A stretch of DNA of 64,000 nucleotides from Phoronis australis (Eukaryota > Animalia > Phoronida). Below the pieces are notes generated by a model. It did no database searches. It was not told the origin of the DNA and worked only from the letters and a program-made list of their open reading frames with translations. Positions within the stretch are counted from its first letter, which is position 1; each line of letters opens with the position of its first letter. The DNA lies in contig NMRA01000545.1 in the NCBI GenBank assembly GCA_002633005.1, forward strand, positions 155,690 to 219,689. Direction: 5' to 3'. The position numbers were made by a program, and so were the translations under genes. Below are positions 24,403 to 38,610 of the stretch, in pieces.

Positions 24403-25132
24403 TTTCGATTCTCGATCCGTTGCTAGGAGCCGCAAAACGTGCATCGAGGTGAGTTTCCTCAATTGAGTCGTCTATCGATCAGCTCTTTGGTGTATGACAC
24501 GGCACATCACTTGGCCAACACGTGGCGTGTATGAAGATTAATAATTCTTACTTGTCGGAAACTTCATGGATTTAATGCATTTTGTTCGCAAGTTTAATAT
24601 CCTGCCGTCAATCTTCCGCGTAATCTTTGTTTTCATAACTTATTTTTGTGACGATATAATTTTGCAGCATCTAGACCAGCATTGACGAATGAAAAACGAG
24701 TTTCCCGCATTGTTTATCTATATCTTGTCGAAACTAAACCTCTAATTGTCTATGACGGAGATACCGATGTGTAAATCACCTAAGTGATGATCAATCTGTT
24801 TTGTAATTACCGACTGTAGAAAGGTTGTTTTCGAGTAATTTTGCTTGGTAGTTCAACGTCGAACACCGTTTAGTGAAATTGTTGGTTACGAGGAATCCGA
24901 TATCGATGCAACCAAGAAAGCAGACCCGTTATAGCATCTGTAAAGTAACAACAGTTACGACCGATTATTTACTTTGTTCCCAAAAACTCCTGCAGTCTTG
25001 AAATTCTCGCGAAACTTGAGGAAACTCCTACTCGACAGTTTGAAGGCGATTATCTTCGGATAGAGGACTTATATTGGCAGATTACATTGATGTTCAACTC
25101 TTGTCTGTACTGAACGGAATACTGCAAGTAAT

Positions 25133-26119
25133 ATGAATGCTTCTGGTAACAGGACGGCTTGGTTTCTTAACGACCAAGTTTCCTTGTATTTCATTTCTGC
25201 CAGAGTGGTAATGCAAGTGTTTTGGATATTTTATATATCACTCAGCAACGGATTAATCATTTACTGCATTCTGAAATATAAACTCTGGAAAAAGTCCTAC
25301 AATGTTTTTATCGTCGGTCTTGCATTTACCGATCTTCTTAGTGGTAATGCAAGTGTTTTGGATATTTTATATATCACTCAGCAACGGATTAATCATTTAC
25401 TGCATTCTGAAATATAAACTCTGGAAAAAGTCCTACAATGTTTTTATCGTCGGTCTTGCAGTTACCGATCTTCTTGTGGGCGCCGTAGTCTTACCCACAG
25501 ACATTTGGCGTAAGCTTGGTGTCCGCCTGTTGTGGGCTGCTAACGGATCGCCGACTGGACTGGAAGCGTCTCTGTCCGGTTGCCTTTTTCTCATCTTCAT
25601 CTCCGCTTTGCCGTTGCTTTGTTCGTACGTAACCATCGTTTTCATTTCGTTGGACCGTTTTATCAGTATAGTTTCCCCGCTTCGCCATCACGCAATTTCA
25701 AGTCCGGTGAAGAATGCTATATGTGTGTTAATCGGGTTTATGTCGATGACCAGTCTCCTGGGAGCCTCTTGTCTGATACCAGTCATTTCCACAAACGCAA
25801 GGCCTTACGATCCCTTTACAGAGAGGTGTACGTACAACCTACTGCCCAATAATATGAGGAGTGTCATTAGCGTCGCATTGGCTATCATGTTATGCGTTAG
25901 CTACTTCTGTCACATTTTCGTTGCCTGTAAAGCGTGTCGGTCGCGAAACGCCATCGCTCCGTCCAATTTAACAGCGGAAAATAATCGAAAGATCAAAACT
26001 ACAAAGGGGACATTTCTGATTTTGGTCACGTTCACTGTCTGTGTTATGCCTTCTGTGGTGCTCAAAGCTTTGCCGATTACGAAGAACTATACAGTTACCA
26101 TAGAGTACATCGATTATGT
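25133..26119 (+). pseudogene. Second GPCR copy, frameshifted by a 136-bp internal tandem duplication; 3' end in gap
   Basis: 25204-25339 is repeated at 25340-25475; otherwise near-identical to 14549-15378. Confidence 0.88.
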
Positions 26120-26628
26120 NNNNNNNNNNNNNNNNNNNNNNNNNNNNNNNNNNNNNNNNNNNNNNNNNNNNNNNNNNNNNNNNNNNNNNNNNNNNNNNNN
26201 NNNNNNNNNNNNNNNNNNNNNNNNNNNNNNNNNNNNNNNNNNNNNNNNNNNNNNNNNNNNNNNNNNNNNNNNNNNNNNNNNNNNNNNNNNNNNNNNNNNN
26301 NNNNNNNNNNNNNNNNNNNNNNNNNNNNNNNNNNNNNNNNNNNNNNNNNNNNNNNNNNNNNNNNNNNNNNNNNNNNNNNNNNNNNNNNNNNNNNNNNNNN
26401 NNNNNNNNNNNNNNNNNNNNNNNNNNNNNNNNNNNNNNNNNNNNNNNNNNNNNNNNNNNNNNNNNNNNNNNNNNNNNNNNNNNNNNNNNNNNNNNNNNNN
26501 NNNNNNNNNNNNNNNNNNNNNNNNNNNNNNNNNNNNNNNNNNNNNNNNNNNNNNNNNNNNNNNNNNNNNNNNNNNNNNNNNNNNNNNNNNNNNNNNNNNN
26601 NNNNNNNNNNNNNNNNNNNNNNNNNNNN
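26120..26628. other. Assembly gap
   Basis: Run of N. Confidence 1.
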
Positions 26629-26899
26629 TTCGCTGTCGATTATTTTATCCCCGTTTGCAGGCACTGCTCCGGTCGCACTGACGGCGTTTTGTCGGCCTGG
26701 GTTCTTGAATTAATTATACTTCCGGGTTCGAGGCAAGTTCAAAATGGCGATAGTTCTTCGGGTGCGAGTCGTGAGTGGCGCGTTCATTTAACTTTTTTCG
26801 AGTACAGATTGTTTATTAGTTATGGGGTAGGTACTTCTTGGATCCTTATAACGTCCTCTAACCATGTAATAAGGGTTAACAACGCGTGCGACCAGGTCT
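26629..26899. mobile_element. Right end of a TTAA-site (Kolobok-like) insertion specific to copy 2
   Basis: Absent from copy 1; ends ggtct|TTAA and rejoins copy-1 homology at the TTAA at 15661. Confidence 0.55.
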
Positions 26900-28322
26900 T
26901 TAACGACAGTGGGAACGGTCATTTACTACCGAACTAAATTTACAGAGGTATAAAATGTACTCCTCTTCAGAACATGGGATAGACGACCGACGTTAAATTT
27001 AGTCCACAACCGGGCTTAACTCTTTGGGGAAGCTTAATCAACCGCACGCAGTAAAATGTTATCGTTGGTTTGATGAGAATTCCCACGAGCGAGATCGATT
27101 ACACGCCATTGCATCAGTCTCAGTCGTCGGCTTGCCGTGTTAGCTTAGTGTTATATCTTGCTGAGAAAATACCACGAGTTACAAGGAAGTCCGGATTTTA
27201 AATTGGTCTCTGGATGAAACTGCAATCCCGATGTAGCTGTGCAATTTGAATGATCATCTACGTCTTGGTTTCACAATGATCCGGGTCTCATGTCCAATTG
27301 TGGTCTTAAGCGGCCCTTATCCTGCGCTAGCGAGGTCAGCTGACATGCCACTTATCCTATTACATTGCGTTGGGTGTTCTCAATCGACTATGATAAGCTG
27401 CAGCTGGCGTGCGTTCAGTAGACGCTAGGACTTACGCTAGGACCTAGCTAAAACCTAGTCAAAGTCACGTGTTCTCGTTTAAAATGCACGGCAATATCTC
27501 ACGTAATCTCGCGAAGTCTTGGTTTTTAGCGAGGTCCCAGCGTTACTGAACGGGAGGCTGGGCTGCGCTGGGACAGTGTACTCACCCCAGGACACTTATG
27601 ATATTAATTCAGAATTTGTAAGAGCTCTAGAATGTTGTTTAGATATGTGAGCATGCGTATTCCATAGTTCACATTTTCCTCTACATTTCTCTGACTTAAA
27701 CCATATGGCTGTAATTACTAGTTTGGGAGATATTGGCAGGTTTGTATAAGTGCACACACATAATTTCATCATATGGCTGGAGCCAGAGTGAGAGTATGAC
27801 AGGGGATCAATTTACTTTCGCTAAGGCTATGATGAACATTTGATATGCATATGGTGAAAGTCTCCATTAAATTCTTGACAACTTTTATAGTGGCTTCTTT
27901 TCTGTGAAATTAACATTTCCCATCAAATTTCCAATTTAAAATAGTTAGGTCATAAGTCTGGGTGACCTTCATAACAGCTTAGTGTACAGAAGTAGTGGTG
28001 ACCTACTTAGATCAGCACACAGGGAAAGTAGTCTGAATACAGGCTCGGCAGGATAAGGGTATTAATCTGTTTACCGCGAGATACTTGTACATGCATTTTT
28101 TGTGGCAGCTGCCATGCAGTTCACTTGATGGGAACTCTGCCAGGCGAATTACGGTTATCTCAATAATTTAAGGACTGTTGCGCTGCTTTCTTACTCCAGT
28201 TTGGCTAAGGGGAAACCAGCTATGGGCATCCCACCAAACTGCGTTAAGTGGTTTATCAAGAGTGTGACACTAAGGCAAGAATGGATGCAATCTCAAAGTT
28301 ACATCAGCTATACCACAGATTT

Positions 28323-28640
28323 AGCGAAGGTCCCGGACGTCAGAGTATGTACCCGGCCAACAAAGGTCAAGGACCTCAAAATATGAACCAGCGAAGTTCC
28401 CGAACCTCAAAATATAAATATCTGTACCAGCGAAGGTCCGGAACCCCAGGCTCAGAATATGTACCAGCGAAGGTNATGTACCAGCGGAGGTCCCGAACCT
28501 CAAACTATGTACCAGCGAAGGTCCCGAACCTCAAAAATTGTACCAGCGAAGGTCCCGAACCTCGAAATATGTAGCAGCGAAGGTCCCGGATCTCAAAATA
28601 TGTACTAGCGAAGGTCCCGAACCTCAAAATATGTACCAGC
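28323..28640. repeat. 31-bp minisatellite, copy 2
   Basis: Same unit as 17088-17437. Confidence 0.93.
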
Positions 28641-31600
28641 ATTATTTGGATACTCCAAATAGTTTTAGCTTAACAAACTTTGTTCTGTATCAGTGCATCC
28701 CAAGTCAACCCCCCCCCCCAAAAAATAGTCCAATTAACGCCATAGTCACCGGTGCCTAAATGAACACAAATTGGAGTGACTTGCACGTGTGGTTGTGATT
28801 CAAACAAGTGTCATTTAAGAGAAATCGAGAAAAGCCGTGGACTTTTGGAAAAAAAACATGGTGTCAGGTCACGAGATCTCCACTAATGCACCAGAGGCGA
28901 TTCTAATGCTATTATAATAATGCTGGACACTCCGGTTACTTTGGCGCATAAAAGTCATATATGTGGTTAAAATGCTGCATTTTGCTGCTAATGATATCAC
29001 TTGAGCTTTGTTCCAGTTGACAAACCCTACATTTACCGTGACACAAATGGAACGTTATCATTGTAAAAAATAAAAGGAGTCCCGATTTTATGATGATGGC
29101 CTTGTCTAGTTTTGTTTTTAGACAGCTAAACAGGGCGAAATGCAGCTTTTAGTAATTAAACGTATTTAAATTTCAGGAATGATAATTATTTATTGGATTA
29201 AATTACATTAGTTTACAGTTTAAACTTGATTGCAATTTCAAAAAAACTCCGACAAGCATTGTTGACAGCTGTAATTACGGTTCCTCTGAGAAACTGGTTG
29301 GCTACATACATGAACACATGCAGGACTACCTAAGTTCAAGACCATATCCTAAAACGCTGTTACACTTTCCTTAAATACCATTCTGTTTTCGTTTTATGCA
29401 AATTTATTTTTTTTGTGAAAATCGTAAAGGTCGTATTTGATAGCTTCTCATGCAAAAGTGAACAATTGTAAAAACAATTCCCAATAACGCATATTTTCTG
29501 AAAGTTTCACATGAATGCGAACTGACATTTATGAGATAAAATTTTCCGAAGTTACCCAAATTTGGACATTTTTCTATGATCCTATATAACGTTACATTTA
29601 AGAAAGCTTTCGAATTAACACCGTAATTAGCTTCTTGCCAAACGATAACTACGACCGTATCCAATTACAGCTACAATTAGTTAGCTAATTTCCTGATTAC
29701 GACCGCAATTTCCAGCGAATGAAACTACAGGAAAATGTAGTCGGTTTCGCAAACGTGACGTCACAATGACGTGTTCCCATTGTAAAAGAGGTTAGAGTTC
29801 TATACAGATTGATCACGCAGTCACCATTTTAGTAGTGAGCCTCTTTTAGGTTTTTTAAAAATGCATTCTATGCTTAATCACAGCGCAAAGAGTGATTTTT
29901 ATTGGGCCTTGGGGATGTTTCAAAATCCCTTGTTGAAGCACGGCCGAAACTGTTTGGTGGCTGGGCAAAATGTGTCCCAAAAATATACACATTTCAACGC
30001 CTGGAGTTCAAATTCAGTTCCCGGGATCACTAAGATTCCGCGCGGGCCTACTGCATGGTTGCACCTTATTTTTAACGTGGGTGTGTCAGTCATGACGTGC
30101 TCCGTCAGTGTAGTGTGCACGGGAAATGCAAGCAAACGATTCAGTTTTGAAGAACAAAAAATCATCGCGCAATACTACTGGAAACTAAAAACATCAAGGA
30201 AGTGCAAAGACAACCTTTCCAAGTTAATGAGAAATGAGTTTAATTTGATTTATTTAAAGACTTAAACTTCTTTTCCGATCTACGGCTTGCGAAATTTTTA
30301 AAAATTACTAATCTAGTTCCAAAGTCAATAAACAATTTATTGTCATTTGGATTGTGAGAACATTTTGGGACACTTTGTAGAGCTGTCCGGCATTCATTGA
30401 TATCCTTAAGACTTATTTCAGATAGACAAAAAATCGTTACGTGTACTTTGCTATTTGGGGATCTGATGATAGATCGAGTTCAGTGAAGCATCGTAATTTC
30501 TTACAAGATTATCTTCTAACTGTCAAAAACTCATCTATCAATCATTCGATTTTCGTAACTACATAAACATGTAAATCATAAATCAACAACAAACTCCATG
30601 ACCAATGCGTTTACCTTGATTTAATGACTTCATTCCTCTTTGATCTCCTTTTTGTGAGTTTAAACGACAAATCTCGAACCTAAGTCAAAAAGCAATGCAT
30701 TTACTGTCATTTGAATTGTGAGTATATTTTTGGGAACTGTCCGAATTTTATCAATGTCTTTGACAGTTATTTTAGATTGGCAAAAATTCGTCTCACTGTA
30801 CTTTAATATTTGGGGACGGATTATATAGTCTCTTTAACTTCAAATTGCAACTAAGTTCACTGAAACATCATCAATTCTTACACGTTTAGCGCATAATTGT
30901 CAAACCTTATCTATGAGTTGATTTTCAATATATGAAAATCTAAATCAGAAACCAACGAATTTGTTAAGGATAACGGAAGGTTGTAAGCAATTTCCGCAGG
31001 CATGCTCGCAGATTTTTTTACGGGTATTCGGGGGAACATGGCAGACGGGGCATTCGTTTTTAGGTGTATGGTTGCTTATTTCAGAGGTACCTATAACGGT
31101 TCACGAGTTAAAACTGAACTCCAAAAAACGCTAAAATCTTTGTAAGTACACCCATTCGACATGTACATGGTCATCACAAATCGTGGCCTCGTTAGTCTTT
31201 TCGACACATGCGGATTCCTTACAAACAACTCCTAATAACGATCTTCAAAGGAAATACTATTCTTGTGATACCGTGGGAATAAAGTAACATTTTATAACTA
31301 ACCATCGGAAATAATCCTTTTGTATAATTCACAAATTGTGGTCTTCACGTTCTTCAAAATTCTACCTTTCCAATAGCGGCCAATCCCATTGTATTTTTTA
31401 CATTTTTGGTTAAGTCGAATGTCTTAATGCTGCGGATGTTTTGTGTTTTTGATGAATTTGGAATCTAAACTTCCCCTCGTGAATACTTAGCAGTGTCGGA
31501 TTTACATGTGTAGATGAACAAAGGGACAATTACCCCGAACCACCCCACCGAGAGAGGGTCCCGCCTAAAATGGGACACCTTAAGATGAAAAGCTAAACAT

Positions 31601-32480
31601 CATTAAGCTTGGAAAAGAGTGACAGTTCTTTTCATGGCCATGTGACCCTGTAAGAAGTGACCTTCCTCAGCATGAAAGTCGGTTGTACGATTTTACAAAA
31701 AATAGGAGCGGCCCCTAAGAATTTGTCAATAAAACACGAAAAGGGTGGCTAGTTGAATGTCGTCATTGGCACCCTTCGAGGGCTGGGCCCCTAAATATGA
31801 AAAGATCTGTACTTTCAAAGATCAGAAAATGCGCAACAATTGATATTATCTGTAAAGTCATCAATTTTTCTAAAGTGATGTACAATTTCGAGAAAAAATA
31901 AACGAAAAAATAGAGAGACAGCCGTCTCCGTTATCTTTTGCCAGAGAGAGACCTCTGGAAAAACATAGTTTTGCATTCCCAGAATTGTTTTACTGAATTT
32001 ACAATTTTCTTGATTTTTCGAAATACTGTATGAATGATTAAGTGCCCATTTTCAAGTGCGCTTGGACGACCTATGCTGTAAAAACGGATATTTTGACGAG
32101 CTTTCGCGTTCCGTGCTTCTTCAATATTTTTAGGACTCGGTCACTATTTCGATGATTCCACCGATTTCCAAATGAGCCCAGACACAATAGGACCATTTCG
32201 GATTTCAATGCGACACTGGAATATTACTGTAGAGTTCTGCCGTCGTGTAATCTAGGACAGCCCTATTAGTTACATCAAATTTAATTAAATTCAGCCCCAC
32301 AGACTGTGTAACAAACGGCCACGGCTTCCGTCAGCACTTACGTCCAACCAAAACGCATTTTCTTTTTGAAAACGCAGACGTCACGATCCTATCGGCGTAT
32401 TCTTATTCATGGAAAACTGAAAAAGGACAGACAAAAGTGAATTTTAGTGATCAGGGTTCTTTTTCATGAAAGTAGATTAA

Positions 32481-33248
32481 AGGGAAAGGCAACCCTTTTT
32501 ATGTCATTTTTAGCAAAAAAGGTTCTTTGATTATCCCAGACATATTTTTCACTTAATGACAGCTTTTCGTAATTTTATTAATCATTCGTCCTTTTCTCCG
32601 GAAGTGACGTTTTGGGAGGAAAGAATTTCGTGCCAATTTCTTTCATATAATTTGACTGTGAGAGATGTCGAGTCAGTCATTGTTATACCACGGCTGTGAC
32701 AAGTTCGGTCGTCGTTTGCTTTTGTTTACGAGTCAGTCAACATGCCACACTGTTGCTGCGTACCTGGTTGTACTCATCATCGCCCAGAGCCTGTAAGCTG
32801 CCCTGCTGCGATGTTGAGTAGAGGGAGTGAATACAGGCCCAGTTAGACACCCAGTAAAGAGGACAGTTCGTCGTCCAATGAATAGATCGGTGAGCCAAAC
32901 TTTGATTTTGTCTAAAGTATTGGAGCTATTTAGAAGGTGCCAGGAGTGTGGCGAAGGAGTCACACGGTGGGATGTAAGCAGTTTGTGTCCTCAGGTGACT
33001 TTCCAGTGGGAGTGTGCCGCCTGACACTCGGGCAAGTGAGACAATTGTTCCTCTGTCCGTGAGACGATAATGAGTACATCTCGGTACGCAGCAACAGTAT
33101 GACATATTAACTGACTCGTAAACAAAAGCAAACGACGACTGAAAAATCACAACAGAGTTGGAGCAATGACTGACTCGGCAGGTCTTACAGTCAGACTATA
33201 TGAAAAGAAATTGGCGCGAAATACTTGCCTCCTAAAACGTCACTTCCG
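32481..33248 (+). mobile_element. Kolobok-derived element, duplicated copy
   Basis: Paralog of 22315-23084. Confidence 0.75.
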
Positions 33249-35449
33249 GAGCTGAGCTCGACGGTCTCCGCAGTCATTTCTGGGGGCAAGCTTGCAAAAA
33301 GTGCCACTCTGGCAAGAATCAGCTGCCACTGCGTTTGCATTGAACGGGACTGAATTCCGACTTTCGCATTTGACATTCTGTATACGATAACAAATGAACA
33401 AATGGTGAATTTCGTACCTCTCTTAGTATAAAAGTCAAATTAAGTTCATTACATGCAAAGAGATCCCACGTGTCATTACAAGATTTCATCGTCAGTAAGT
33501 TTCCTACCACTACTACTTCCGTTCCACAATCTGTTGCTCTGTTCATGTACCAGGACACACCGTACAGGTCTTATGAAATAATCATCTAGTGAAGAAGGTC
33601 GTCACCCGTAACGTGCGACAATGAAACTAACAGCACTCTTTTATTTCTATTGAACAGAGGGGTTTTCCCACTTGAGTCAGCGTGTTGTTTCCTTTAGATC
33701 GCCAATTCGAGCCCTTTATGTGTAGGAGAAGGAGAGCTAAATACATATAGCTTGTTTGGTTAAGCATGCTGCTTACGGTGGCTTTAAAGCATCAATTGCA
33801 TATCAAAGCACCAAAAAATAAAACTACCCTATCGGTAGATCAGCTGTCAAATTCCGCAAACACTATCTTATGATATGTTAATTAGCTGATCTCGAGTGAC
33901 AAGCATTTATTGGTGGACACATGCTACGTAGAGACGAGAAAATCAATCACAGTTATCCTCCGTCAAGGTTCATGTGAAAAGGCGTCACATAGTGATGTTC
34001 GTTTTCCCTTGGTTTATGGTATACATACTGGTGTGGCATTCACCTATCAAAATTAGTTAAATTATCGTTTTAGGCATTTTTATAGTGCAATATTTTAAGA
34101 TTGTGTGTTACATTGATGTCACACAAAGAATTAACTCCCTGTTCTTTTCACTTTTCCGCAAGAGATACGCTGAGGCAAAGCGCGTAAAAGAGCGTTTGTA
34201 ACTGCATACGTAAACACGGCACATCCCTTGTAACTCGCATGAATCGTGAACAATAAAAAGAAATAGTGACGTGATCAGACGGTGATGAAATATATGTATA
34301 TGTATATATTACGTCAGCCTGGCGTAAAACATGTGTTCTACACATCACCATGTTTAGAAGACCCATCATTTATAGATTTCTTTTCTTTAAGGGGGATAGA
34401 AACATGCATTGCATGGCCGGTATATTTTTCATAACCTTAGACCCACTTAAGTTGACTAACATACAGCAGTGATATTTGCCTTTTGCCAATTTCTTGAGTG
34501 TCAATATTGCAACTCAATTTGCGAAAATGGAAGTTTACCCGCATCTTAATGATTAATACAAGCGACAGCGAAGAAGAAAGACAAGTGCTGACTACCGTGT
34601 TGCATTATGGGTAAATACCTCAGGATGAGAGTGAGGCTGCGCTATTTCATGTCGACCCTAATGTACAGATGTTACTACTTTTGCACAGAAAGGAGAAAAC
34701 AATCTTTGAAAGTGCGTGATTTGTAAAAAACAATAAACGTTACGATGATTGTAGTGCGGCCCTGTATTCGAACTATGTAGGCACAGTAATATATTTCCCT
34801 TTGAACTAAAATATAGAGTTACCCGACGCTGTCCAACACTAAAAGCTTCCTGCTCATGCAGCGTGCAGGATGTTCCACTGCATTACCACGTGTCACCATA
34901 GTGAACTGTAAACTGTCATTATCTCTGTTCTCAAGTAATTCATTTCGACTAGCTGCTGAGTCTCATTTCCGTGATTTAAAGTATATTAATGAGAAGCTGG
35001 AATTCATTCTCGTTTTCAACTCACTTGTTGTTCTATCATTCATGTACATGGAGTATAAATGTCTATGCACTTACTACATAACGAATGTACAACGCACGAT
35101 GCGTATTTATGAAATAATGAGATGTACTATTCAAGGGTAATCATCGCACAACAAGAAATCATAAGACCAATTTTAAGACAAAACAAATTATATACTGAAA
35201 ACTATTCCAGGCTGACTCTCTTTGAACATGACAATAAGGCGAAATAACAACACTAACAACACAAAATAATTTTCCTTATCTCTGGGACTGCATGGCCAAA
35301 TAAGTTAGAAACACAATATACAGCGATAAATTGATAACAGTCAACCAACAAGTGGACGTGGTTGCACTGAGCGTGAACAGGGTGACATTTGGTCCAAAGA
35401 CGAGTTCTCAACCCCTTTCACCGCTCAGTAGGTTTGCAAGTGAGTACGA

Positions 35450-37925
35450 CATACTCCTTCACCGGGACGCTACACCTTATGGTCTCCACTCCACGGCGCG
35501 TCCCCCGACCGTTGATGAAAGAAACATAAGCCGAACTGAAGACTACAGAATGGACTCAAAGTTGAGAAACCCACTGCTTGGTGTGCTCGCATGGCAGTGC
35601 TGTCAAAGGCTAACAACAAGGTCAGAATATGTGTAGACCTAACCAAGCTGGACGTTAAAAGCTTGAAACGAGAACTACACATGTTTCTACAGTCTATCAT
35701 CTGTTGACACAGCTCGGAACAGTGAGCACATTGAGGAAATTTGATGCCAATAGCGGATACTGGCAGATCCCCTTCTCGCCAGCCTCTCGGTCCTTCATCA
35801 CAGTCTTCACTCCTTTCGGCAAATTTCAATTCAACCGCCTGCCGTTTGGAATTTTATCTGCCAGTGAAATCCACTAGAGGCGCCTGTCCCAACTGCTGGA
35901 GGGGCATGTCCCAACTGCTGGAGGTGCGGGAGGGAGTAATATGCATGCATGTATGCAAGACGATGTTCTCATTTACGTCAAAGACCCAAATGAACACGAC
36001 TCTCGACTCAAGTCACACTAGGTAGAATTCAGGAAGCTGGCATCACACTAAAACTCCAAAAATGTGGGATTTGCAAGACGTCATTAAAATTCCTGGGGTA
36101 CGTATAAGGAACTGATGGCTTCAGACCAGACCCAGACAGAGTCGTCGGTGGTTCCACATGTCCACCTCCAACAAACGTCACTGAAACCTTGGTATGGCAA
36201 CCCAAGTTGGAAAATTTCTTCCCAATCTTGCAGACATGACCAAGCCACTACGTGAGCACGTAAGTACCAAGAACGCCTTTTTTGAACATCGAACACACAA
36301 AAGCCTTTAACGCCATCAAGCAGTTATTGTACATGGTACTCGTACTGGTTCTCTACAGCCAAAACAGGAACACAGCTTTGTCGTAGGGCTTGGGTGCCGT
36401 ATTGCTGCAGCAACTTGAAGAAGCCGAGACTGTTCGTCCTGTAGTGTACTCATCTCGCGTCATGTAGGAGACTTAGAGAAAGAAGCTTTGGCCGTCACGT
36501 GGGCCTCTGATCGTTTTGCAGATTACCTTATCGGACTCGACTTCACTATAGAGACCAATATCACAAGCCACTCGCCCGTAACAAGGTCGTCAGTGAGCTT
36601 CCAGCTAGAATACAGAGATTTCAAATTAGGCTGATGACGTATCGCCACTTGATCCACCACGACTCTGAAAGAGAATTCTATACGGGCGATGCCTTGTCCA
36701 CAGCCACCTCAACCAGTGTACCTTTTAGGCAGAACAATGGCGCAGCGTGGCGTACATGCCATTGAAAAGTCTCTAACAGCATCAGAAGAACTCTTAGAAT
36801 AGCTAACGACAGTCACACGAACCGACGAAGCGTGAGGAACGGATGGCCCACAAAAATGCATTCCCGTGACTGTCAGACCCTATTGGACCCACCGCAGCAA
36901 CATCACGCACGGGAGCGGACTGCTCATGTATGGCACGCGCAATCTCGCCCACTCTGCACTCGGGCTATCCACGATCAACAAAATCCATGCTGATCACCAA
37001 AGCATTACCAGGTGCGGGGAACGAGTCCACATGGTGACCAGGACTGTCCCGCCAGATCCAAGGCAGTGTAGAGAACAGCATGGGACACCATTGCATCTGA
37101 CTTGTTCGAACTAAAAGACCAAAGTATTGGTAGACTATTTCTTGCGCTACCCTGAAGTCACCCTTTCACCTCCAACACGTCTCGTCCCGTGATCAATCGC
37201 CTGAAATCAACATTCGCCAGACATGGCGTATTGGTCTAGCTAAGAACAGACCCCAGCAGCAAGTTTGTCTCGAAAGATTCTGCCAACTTTGCACACGATA
37301 GGGATTTTCGACACGGGAGCAACAGTCTTCGTCTCTCCCAAAGTAATGGTGCTACAGAAGCAGGGGGAAAACGATCATGACTTTGCTCAAAAAGGCTAGC
37401 GACACTTATCTACCTCTACTCAGCTACAGAGTAAAAACACTGGCATGTTTTTCAAACCTTGGTGAACTGCTCATGGGACGGCGTTTGTGAACGAACGTCC
37501 CAATTCATCCTCTCCCCCAAATGGCCGGATTCTGATGTCTTCAAAGATCGACAGGAGATGAGCAAGGCCCAACAGAAGACAAACCATGACTGGATAGTCG
37601 TACCAGAGTGTGGATCCACAGTATAAACCTTGTGACCCAGGAAGGTACAGTAACTGGCAAGACCCAAACGCCACGTTCACACTCTGTTGAAGCTGCGTTA
37701 GACGTAATCGCGGCCATAGTGTTCGCCATCCTTTTTTAATCCCAAGGGACTACTAAGCAAACCCAGACCATCGAGAGTCGAGCTAGAAACCAAGATGCCG
37801 ACAGTGAAAGCTCAAAGACTCCAGACGTAGCCAGCGAACGTCTGGAACGTGTGACACCTCCCCAGACATTTGTCAAGACTCAGTCCGGTCGTGTATCTTG
37901 GCCTCCGTCTACACTGGACTTGTAA
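35450..37925 (+). mobile_element. Heavily decayed Ty3/Gypsy pol (RT-RNase H-integrase)
   Basis: KPTAWCA..KANNKVRICVDLTKL (~35565-35650); GLGAVLLQ, EKEALAVTWASDRFADYLIGLDFTIET (~36385-36560); VDYF.RYPEV, LKSTFARHG, PQSNGATE (~37130-37360); C-terminal SGRVSWPPSTLDL*. Confidence 0.85.
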
Positions 37926-38610
37926 AGAGTTAATTGCCTATTTACATAGAAAAATGACATGTTTTTCCGTTTTTCTAGTATGTGCTAAGCTTTGTAATAA
38001 ATAGTGTTTTATCCAAAACGGGGAATCGTCACTTATTTGTACGTTCAACATCGGCATCTGGCGAGTCGGGAGAACAATTACTGATCGCCATATTCATTCA
38101 ACCTCTCGTTGTTTCAATGTCAAATTACTGACCAAACAAAAACGATGGACGTGATTTTGCCCAAGCTATATATATTATCAAAAGTCTCAAGTTGCGACGT
38201 TCCCTAAATGCTTTCACCATAACTTGTAATTTGTTTATCTATTCTCAAGATTCAAATTATCAGTAACTTTTGCATTTTCATGATGTCTGTATCGCCTAGT
38301 GCCATTGACCTTTTACGGTTAGAAAGATAAATGTAATGAATTCTGGGACACCGGTCAGCCAAGCATAATGACTCCGACCAATGACAGCAGAGAACGTGCA
38401 CCATCATTTTCAAGCATCAGGCAACGACGGAAATGATTATCTCACGCTTCTCTAACCGTGAAATGGTGACTGAGTTAGTTGAATAGAATAACTATTTGAT
38501 GCGTTCAGTAGAGAAAACATCTCGTGCCCAAATCTCCACTAGCTTTACTTTCTGAAAGACTTCCTGGTGAGCACCAGACCAGGTGTCGGTGTTGAATTGA
38601 AAAGAATACC

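Larger units (their letters stand above)
24460..33894 (+). repeat. Tandem segmental duplication, copy 2
   Basis: Colinear with 13875-23731; lacks ~20983-21923 of copy 1; contains a gap. Confidence 0.95.

Noticed and set aside
25302-26937. Long ORFs spanning N runs (also 62790-63188)
   Set aside because: Artefacts of translating assembly gaps.
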